Source of the DNA: Schaalia odontolytica
Lineage (GTDB): Bacteria; Actinomycetota; Actinomycetes; Actinomycetales; Actinomycetaceae
DNA: 32,000 nt
Direction: 5' to 3'
Assembly: GCF_005696695.1 (NCBI RefSeq)
Contig: NZ_CP040006.1
Coordinates: 2,010,001-2,042,000 of the forward strand
Shown here: piece by piece, positions 25,231 through 32,000 of the stretch
How positions within the stretch are numbered: position 1 is the stretch's first letter
Layout: each line of letters opens with the position of its first letter
Position numbers and translations under genes: made by a program
Notes under the pieces: generated by a model
What the model saw: only the letters and a program-made list of their open reading frames with translations
Databases searched by the model: none
Told to the model about the DNA's origin: nothing

Positions 25231-25278
25231 GAAACGCCTGGGGGCGGGACCCTCACGAGTCCCGCCCCCAGGCGTTTC
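25231..25278. terminator. Bidirectional intrinsic terminator between the WXG100 gene and groEL
   Basis: GAAACGCCTGGGGGCGGGAC-cctcacga-GTCCCGCCCCCAGGCGTTTC forms a perfect 20-bp stem, with an A-tract and a T-tract at the two ends. Confidence 0.9.
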
Positions 25279-25296
25279 AGCTTAACGCCGAGCGGA

Positions 25297-26997
<1,701 letters not shown>

Positions 26998-27014
26998 TCA
27001 TCGAACCGGTGGTC

Positions 27015-27041
27015 TTATCACTCTCCATGTCGGAGTGCTAA
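27015..27041. promoter_or_regulatory. CIRCE operator 1 (HrcA binding site) upstream of groEL
   Basis: TTATCACTC-N9-GAGTGCTAA compared with the consensus TTAGCACTC-N9-GAGTGCTAA shows 1 mismatch. Confidence 0.85.
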
Positions 27042-27049
27042 CTACGATT

Positions 27050-27076
27050 TTGGCACTCACCATCCCAGAGTGCAAG
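27050..27076. promoter_or_regulatory. CIRCE operator 2 upstream of groEL
   Basis: TTGGCACTC-N9-GAGTGCAAG shows 3 mismatches to the consensus. It lies 8 bp from CIRCE 1. Confidence 0.7.
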
Positions 27077-27090
27077 GCGAGGTCACGGGG

Positions 27091-27111
27091 CTTGAGTCCG
27101 CTGCGCTCAGG
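27091..27111. promoter_or_regulatory. HAIR-like inverted repeat (possible HspR site)
   Basis: CTTGAGT-N7-GCTCAGG compared with the HAIR consensus CTTGAGT-N7-ACTCAAG has a perfect left arm and a 5/7 right arm. Tentative. Confidence 0.3.
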
Positions 27112-27178
27112 GCGTAACAATCAACGACGAGGCCGGGGCCGGCCCACTGAGCGCACCTGCACACCAAGCGCGGCCGGC

Positions 27179-27319
27179 GTGGAAGGCGCCGGAGGATCCG
27201 GAGGGCCTGGCTGCGGTGCCCGTGGGCGGCGGCGAGGCCTGGCCGGGCTTCGAGACGACGCGCCGAGCGAAGCTCGCGGCGCGGACGGCTCGCGGGCGGG
27301 CCGCCGCCCACCGGCACAC
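27179..27319 (+). repeat. GC-rich intergenic repeat, full-length copy R1 (141 nt)
   Basis: By eye it differs from the 27986-28126 copy at only 5 positions. It contains the hairpin GCGCCGAGC-GAA-GCTCGcGGCGC. Confidence 0.85.
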
Positions 27320-27796
27320 ACAGCGGCCGGGGCCTCCGGCGCCCGGAACACCCGTGGGTAGACACAGCAGCCCGCCGAGCGGGCGGCCGGGCCATCCGGC
27401 GCCCAGAACACCAGCGGCAGAACACAACTTGCCCTGTGGGATCCCACGACTGCCGGTCCGCGACAAAATTCGCCCAGCACTGCCCCTCCAGCGGCATTTC
27501 CGCGAAAATATTCGCCCTGCTCATATAAAAACGCTGTTTTTGGGGCATTTTGCGCGCGCTGGGCGAACTTTTTCGCACACGAGGCGCGACAACGTGGCGA
27601 CGTTGAAACCAACAACACCACTGCTCGCCCCCAACAAGGGCCCCTTGAAACCGACATCACCTTTGCACCCGAAAACTGCACCAAAAACACCCATTTCTCA
27701 CCCGCAAAGGCGATGGCGGTTTCACTCCCACACGGATACCAGCAAGCAAAGGTGATGACAGTTTCAGACAACCGGCCCACCTGGTCGACAGGGCCA

Positions 27797-28126
27797 GGCG
27801 GCGGGGCTGGCCGGGCTTCGAGACGACGCACCAGTCCACACGCCAGCACGCTAAGCGCCGCCGGTGTGGAGGGCGCCGGAGGGCCCGGAGGGCCTGGCTG
27901 CGGAGTCCGTGGGCGGTGGCGGGGCCTGGCCGGGCTTCGAGACGACGAGCCAAACAACGTCAGCAGCACACCAGGCCCCACTGGTGTGGAGGGCGCCGGA
28001 GGGTCCGGAGGGCCTGGCTGCGGTGCCCGTGGGCGGCGGCGGGGCCTGGCCGGGCTTCGAGCCGACGCGCCGAGCGAAGCTCGCGGCGCGGACGGCTCGC
28101 GGGCGGGCCGCCGCCCACGGGCACAC
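27797..28126 (+). repeat. Tandem array of the same repeat with a 120-bp period (partial unit 27797-27829, unit 27866-27947, full unit 27986-28126)
   Basis: The landmark GGGCTTCGAG recurs at 27812, 27932 and 28052. GTGGAGGGCGCCGGAGGG recurs at 27866 and 27986. Confidence 0.85.
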
Positions 28127-28194
28127 CAAGTAGCCCGGCCCCACAGCCGGATCCGACGGCGCCCGGAACACCAGCGGAGCAAGACGCAACCTAG

Positions 28195-28232
28195 GCATAA
28201 CAAAGCCGCCCGGCCCCACAGGGGCCGGGCGG
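28195..28232 (-). terminator. Intrinsic terminator after the LytR_C gene
   Basis: CCGCCCGGCCCC-aca-GGGGCCGGGCGG forms a perfect 12-bp stem. On the minus strand it is followed by CTTTGTTAT. Confidence 0.8.
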
Positions 28233-28251
28233 TTCAGTCAGTATCAGTGGT

Positions 28252-28830
28252 TCATCGCAGGATCACGATGATGTCGGGGTCTCCGAGGCCGCTCTCCTGG
28301 CGAACGTTGGAAATACCGAGCTTGGCGGCAACGTCCTTCGCGGTTCCCTCCATGCGGGGATCCTCGTAGAAGACGGTGGAGGTCTGCGTGGCCCAGCCGT
28401 CAGCGTTCGCGGCGGAGGTGCCTGCGTAGCCGGCCTGGTTCAGGATCTGAGCCTGCTGGCCAGCAAACCCTTGCGTTCCAGTGCCGTTGAGGACCTGGAT
28501 GACGGCTCCGTGGTCGGGCTCAGAGGAAGCCGACGGGGAGGAGGAGCTGGCGGAAGGCGTGGGCTCAGCGGACGCGGGGGCCTCGGCCGTGGGCGACGCG
28601 GAGGGAGCGGAGGCGCTCGGGGTGGTCGCGGCGGGGCTGGGCGCGTTGCTGACAGTGGCCTGCTGGCGCGACAGGGCGGTCGCCGCTGCCCATCCGAGGG
28701 CGGGAACGATCACGAGGATGGCCAGGAAAGGCCAGACGTTCTTCCACTTGGACGGCTTGGGGCGGTGCATGCCGACGGGCATATCTTCGCCGGCGCGGTC
28801 AAATTCATCCCTGGGGTACTGAGAACTCAC
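28252..28830 (-). CDS. LytR_C (LytR/CpsA/Psr C-terminal) domain membrane-anchored protein, 192 aa
   Basis: The architecture is an N-terminal YPRDEFD...HR motif, one TM helix (WPFLAILVIVPALGWAAA), a Ser/Ala/Pro linker and a C-terminal domain (VIQVLNGTGTQGFAGQQAQILNQAGY...VFYEDP...AKDVAAKLG). It has a GTG start. Confidence 0.8.
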   Translation of the reverse strand: MSSQYPRDEFDRAGEDMPVGMHRPKPSKWKNVWPFLAILVIVPALGWAAATALSRQQATVSNAPSPAATTPSASAPSASPTAEAPASAEPTPSASSSSPSASSEPDHGAVIQVLNGTGTQGFAGQQAQILNQAGYAGTSAANADGWATQTSTVFYEDPRMEGTAKDVAAKLGISNVRQESGLGDPDIIVILR

Positions 28831-28916
28831 GCGTTCAGACTATCGGAAAAGAGGGAGTGGGGCGCGGGTGGCGCGCGGGGAATGTGGCGTGGCCTGTGCG
28901 GCATTAGGCTGGTGCT

Positions 28917-29627
28917 ATGAGTGAACACAATCCGCGTCCATTGGCCGAGTTGATTGATCCGGGCTGGGCTCGGGCGCTGGCTCCGGTGGAGGGGCGTGTC
29001 CACGAGTTGGGCGCGATGTTGGCCGCTGAGGTCGAGGCGGGACGCGGCTACCTGCCTGCGGGCACGGATGTTCTCCGCGCCTTCACGTACCCGTTCGACA
29101 AGGTGAAGGTCCTGATTGTCGGGCAGGATCCGTATCCGACGCCGGGGCACGCGATGGGGCTGTCGTTTTCGGTGCACCCGGGGGTGGCGTTACCCAAGTC
29201 GCTCATCAACATTTTCCGCGAGCTGAGCGAGGACATGGGTGTTCCCGCTCCGACGTCGGGTGATCTGACGCCGTGGTGCGAGCAGGGCGTGTGCCTGCTC
29301 AACCGTGTGTTGACGGTGCGCCCGGGCGCTCCCGCGTCGCATCGAGGTCGCGGCTGGGAGGAGGTGACGCAGTGCGCGATTGACGCACTGGTGTCCCGGA
29401 AGCGTGCCGATGGCTCGCGCGCTCCCCTCGTGGCGATTTTGTGGGGCAAGGACGCGCAGTCGCTCGCGCCGCGCCTGGGTGACACGCCGATTATTGCGTC
29501 CGCCCATCCGTCGCCGCTCTCTGCGTATCGAGGGTTTTTCGGGTCGAAGCCGTTCTCGCGTGCAAATGAACTGTTGGAGGCGCAGGGCGCGTCGGGCGTG
29601 GATTGGTCGCTGGGCGCTTCTCATTGA
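28917..29627 (+). CDS. ung: Uracil-DNA glycosylase (family 1), 236 aa
   Basis: The motifs [18 protein letters not shown] and [19 protein letters not shown] are both present. Confidence 0.95.
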   Translation: MSEHNPRPLAELIDPGWARALAPVEGRVHELGAMLAAEVEAGRGYLPAGTDVLRAFTYPFDKVKVLIVGQDPYPTPGHAMGLSFSVHPGVALPKSLINIFRELSEDMGVPAPTSGDLTPWCEQGVCLLNRVLTVRPGAPASHRGRGWEEVTQCAIDALVSRKRADGSRAPLVAILWGKDAQSLAPRLGDTPIIASAHPSPLSAYRGFFGSKPFSRANELLEAQGASGVDWSLGASH

Positions 29628-29696
29628 CGAGGCCGGGGCACCCCACCCGAACGGGCGAGGTGGGCGGCGGCTGCGGTGCCGCGGTGAGGGACTCCG

Positions 29697-29772
29697 TGGA
29701 GCCGGCTATCGGACTCGAACCGATGACCTGCTGTTTACAAGACAGCTGCTCTACCAACTGAGCTAAGCCGGC
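29697..29772 (-). tRNA. tRNA-Thr (anticodon UGU), CCA encoded
   Basis: The minus strand reads GCCGGCT-TA-GCTC-AGTTGGTA-GAGC-A-GCTGT-CTTGTAA-ACAGC-AGGTC-ATCGG-TTCGAGT-CCGAT-AGCCGGC-T-CCA. This is a perfect cloverleaf with a 7-bp acceptor stem, a GTTCGAGT T-loop and anticodon TGT. Confidence 0.95.
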
Positions 29773-29936
29773 GGCGGACACTAGTGTGCCACAGGTAGGG
29801 GCTCGCGCGCGCGGGCGAGCCAGATCGAGGTCAATGAGCGCGCAGCAACGCGATTCCCCATTGCGTAGTGCAGATAACTGGCGCGCGCCTCAAGGCCCTC
29901 CAATGAGCCACAGGGATTTGACGTTCGCACCAAAGA

Positions 29937-29972
29937 AGTGAGGGGTGGGACCACATGGCCCCACCCCTCACT
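29937..29972 (-). terminator. Intrinsic terminator after the DsbA-like gene
   Basis: On the minus strand, AGTGAGGGGTGGGgCC-atgt-GGtCCCACCCCTCACT is followed by TCTTTGG. Confidence 0.8.
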
Positions 29973-29982
29973 GATTGAAGGC

Positions 29983-30915
29983 TCAGTTGGAGCTGTCGGT
30001 CGTCTCGGAGCTCTGGGCTTCGCCGGCGCCGCTCTGGGAGGGCTCGGTGGCCTCGGGTGCCGGGGTCTCGGCGGGGACCGGGCTCGCGGAATCGGTGATG
30101 CCGAATACCTCCGCGATCGTCTGCTTGGCTGAGGTCAGCGGGGTGTGCAGCGCGATGACGGTCGAGTGATCCTTGATCAGCTCGGGTGTGCCGAGCCCGT
30201 TGTTACGGCCGCTGTAGTTGGCATTCTGCCAGGCGGTGGTTGAGGCCTTGAGGTAGTCCTCGGCGGCGTTGAGCGGGAAGGTATCGATGACGTCGGAGGG
30301 AACGCCCACCTCGGCGGCGATCGTCTTGACCTGCTTCCAGGAGGCCTCGAGGTTCTGGACGACGGTGCCGTTGGACGCCTGGTACTGGGAGGCGAAGTAG
30401 GCGAGCAGCGCGTGGTGGAAGTCCACCCACTTGTCGGGCGCCTTCTGGGCAACGATCAGCGACGCGCTGGTCGCGGGCTTCAGGTAGTCCATGTTGACGG
30501 TAATGACCGGCTGGAGCTCGAGGTTGTAGTACCCCTGGGCAGCCCAGGTGGTGAGGTCCTTGCCGACGGCGACATCGAGGTCGGAGCACACGTGGCAGGT
30601 GTAGTCAAAGTATTCGGTGAGGGTAGGCAGGTTCGGATCCGCCTCGGTGACGACGCCGTTCCCATTGACGATGACCGGTCGACCGTCGGCGTAGATGCCG
30701 AGGACGTCGGAGGCGTCGACGTTGCGCGCGGCGTTGACCTGCGCCTGCTGCTTCCAGATCACACCGCCGACGGCTGCGACGACCGCGAGGACGATCGCGA
30801 CGACGGCGGAAATGACGATGATGCGGGTGCGGCGGTCAGCGCGCTCCTGCGCCTGGCGCATCTGCGCGGCTTTGGCGCGCACGGGGTCGACGGCCGGCTT
30901 CTTCTTCTGAGCCAT
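29983..30915 (-). CDS. Membrane-anchored DsbA-family thioredoxin-fold protein, 310 aa
   Basis: The protein has a basic N-terminus, one TM helix (IIVISAVVAIVLAVVAAVGGVIW) and a CxxC active site (YFDYTCHVCSDL). AAGGTGAG precedes the ATG. Confidence 0.8.
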   Translation of the reverse strand: MAQKKKPAVDPVRAKAAQMRQAQERADRRTRIIVISAVVAIVLAVVAAVGGVIWKQQAQVNAARNVDASDVLGIYADGRPVIVNGNGVVTEADPNLPTLTEYFDYTCHVCSDLDVAVGKDLTTWAAQGYYNLELQPVITVNMDYLKPATSASLIVAQKAPDKWVDFHHALLAYFASQYQASNGTVVQNLEASWKQVKTIAAEVGVPSDVIDTFPLNAAEDYLKASTTAWQNANYSGRNNGLGTPELIKDHSTVIALHTPLTSAKQTIAEVFGITDSASPVPAETPAPEATEPSQSGAGEAQSSETTDSSN

Positions 30916-30975
30916 GGACTCACCTTCCGAAAGTAGTTGAATGTTGTAAGAATATCGAGCGCAGCGTGATCACGC

Positions 30976-32000
30976 TTAGTGCGACAGCCCACCTGTGACG
31001 ATGAACCACGCACCCGCAAGGAACCCCACACAGCCTACCGCGAGGAGGCCTCGACCCCAGGCAGGACGCACGATCGTGCGCAGCGTTGTGGATACGCCAA
31101 CCCTCAGATCGGCGGCAAACGGCATGAGCCAGGCAGTCAGCATCATGAGCGCGGCGAGTGCCCACACGACGATCGTCCCGCGCGGGTCGCTCAGCCAGTA
31201 GTCCGTGCGATCAACTCCGGTGGACGCGACGACATCGGCGGGCCATGACCACAGGACGCGCCCCTCGCGCGAATAGGACACAAAGGCCCAGATCCCGTAT
31301 GGAACGAGGCCCCCGACGACGAGGCCGAGCGCCGTCGACAGGATCGAGCGCACCAGCAGGATCGGCGACATGGCGATGACGGCCGCCGTGTCGCTGGCCT
31401 TTGCTCCTCGCAGGATCCGACGACGCTCCAGCCACCGCGACATAGCACCGATCAGGCCGAAAGCGGTGAGAGCGATCCCCACGATCATGGATCCGGTGAG
31501 TCCAAAAAGGAAGGGCAGGGAGGCCAGGAGGGCCATCAGCGCACCGCCCGAGATCCACGTCCCCTTCGCGGTGGACGAGGACCCCTCCGCCGAAGCGGCG
31601 CCCATCCCCATCGCCGGGTTGGGGTTCCACTGCGGGCCCGTCGCCATCTGCTGTGCGGGGACGCCGGCCTGCGGATAGGGCTGCTGCCCGTAGCCGGGGG
31701 CAAAACCTGGATCATACGCACCCTGCGGCCCCGGGTACTGAGGCTGAGCGTAGGGGGCTATGACCTCGGTGGGATCCGAGTCGTCGACGCTCTGCCAGGT
31801 GTCGGTGGCGTCGTCGTGCCAGGCGACTTCCCCGGTGTCATCGGACCAGTCGCCATACCCCTGCGCCACCGACGCAGTGTCCACCACGTCGGTATGGTCG
31901 TTGGCCGCGGTGAACTCCGAGGCGTCGCGGCGCGGGTGCTGCGGATAGGAGACGGCGCGCGCGCCGGAGGCATCCGGGCGCTGCCCCGCATCCTCCCACT
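30976..32000 (-). CDS. Hypothetical membrane protein with a Pro/Gln/Tyr/Gly-rich disordered N-terminal region and ~5 C-terminal TM helices; possibly 5'-incomplete in this window
   Basis: The ORF track starts it at GTG 31887, but by manual translation the same frame has no stop up to base 31998. The true start may therefore lie at 31887 or beyond the window edge. No family was recognised. Confidence 0.55.
   Translation of the reverse strand, partial: WEDAGQRPDASGARAVSYPQHPRRDASEFTAANDHTDVVDTASVAQGYGDWSDDTGEVAWHDDATDTWQSVDDSDPTEVIAPYAQPQYPGPQGAYDPGFAPGYGQQPYPQAGVPAQQMATGPQWNPNPAMGMGAASAEGSSSTAKGTWISGGALMALLASLPFLFGLTGSMIVGIALTAFGLIGAMSRWLERRRILRGAKASDTAAVIAMSPILLVRSILSTALGLVVGGLVPYGIWAFVSYSREGRVLWSWPADVVASTGVDRTDYWLSDPRGTIVVWALAALMMLTAWLMPFAADLRVGVSTTLRTIVRPAWGRGLLAVGCVGFLAGAWFIVTGGLSH

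Noticed and set aside
27797-28126. A CRISPR array.
   Set aside because: The units are ~80-140 nt with a 120-bp period, only ~2.7 copies are present, the intervening segments are themselves related, and there are no cas genes. This is not CRISPR geometry.
27864-28133. An in-frame 40-codon protein repeat (VWRAPEGPEGLAA..VGGGGAWPGFE.T) suggested by the 120-bp period, which is a multiple of 3, and by GC-rich third positions.
   Set aside because: Differences between copies fall mostly at first and second codon positions (K/R, D/G, E/G, T/P, E/V, S/P). The inverted copy at 24571-24700 carries a ~34-nt deletion that is not a multiple of 3, so it switches frame. There is no start or SD, and the frame is closed by stops around the units. 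This behaves as non-coding repeat DNA.
27121-28203. A 360-aa minus-strand ORF covering the repeat region, with repeated ...[25 protein letters not shown]... segments.
   Set aside because: It is an Arg/Pro-rich translation of GC-rich repeats, with frequent rare codons (CGA, AGG, CCT, CCA, ACT). There is no SD. It would also have to read through the LytR_C terminator region and the lower-GC core.
29628-29982. An integrated element at tRNA-Thr.
   Set aside because: There is no integrase, no repeat of the tRNA 3' end elsewhere in the window, and the flanking genes (ung, dsbA-like) are housekeeping genes with backbone composition.

Overview
This 32-kb window comes from a high-GC actinobacterial chromosome, apart from the first ~1.9 kb. 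G+C is roughly two-thirds; a hand count of 5041-5100 gives 42/60. The gene content and the bPH2-DUF2520-panC-panD ... lysS layout are typical of Actinomycetales, Corynebacteriales or Actinomycetaceae.

The first ~1.9 kb is AT-rich (22/60 G+C at 1-60). It holds an intact LtrA-family membrane protein gene and decayed regulator fragments, and it abuts a truncated, heavily degraded ISL3 transposase remnant.

The GC-rich backbone, left to right:
- pspA (IM30) convergent with a NYN-domain gene.
- glpF-glpK, with a divergent SorC-family regulator broken by a 1-nt frameshift.
- lysS.
- A ~6.3-kb sugar cluster: PfkB kinase, GH4 6-phospho-glycosidase, PIG-L/LmbE deacetylase, and a CUT1-type ABC binding protein with two permeases.
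- The operon ydbS-like/ydbT-like (bPH2) - DUF2520 - panC - panD.
- A divergent OmpR-type response regulator with its histidine kinase.
- A COG4339-like HD-family protein with substituted metal-binding motifs and an acidic tail.
- A solitary WXG100 (Esx-like) gene.
- groEL, preceded by two tandem CIRCE operators and a possible HAIR-like repeat.
- A ~1.1-1.3-kb non-coding, repeat-dense region.
- A LytR_C-domain gene, ung, tRNA-Thr(UGU), a membrane-anchored DsbA-like thioredoxin-fold gene, and a Pro/Gln-rich membrane protein whose frame stays open to the window end.

I found no complete, obviously novel multi-gene system such as a defence island or secretion apparatus. The items most worth a second look are:
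- the low-GC/ISL3 junction;
- the GC-rich repeat family that forms a 120-bp-period array upstream of groEL and flanks the esx-groEL pair in inverted orientation, together with its lower-GC core carrying three GCGAA-N4-TTCGC palindromes;
- the non-PTS kinase + deacetylase + GH4 sugar cluster lying between panD and lysS;
- a terminator-stem motif (CCCCGGCCTCGT / ACGAGGCCGGGG) reused across many intergenic regions.

All homology calls rest on motif recognition by eye. No database search was run.
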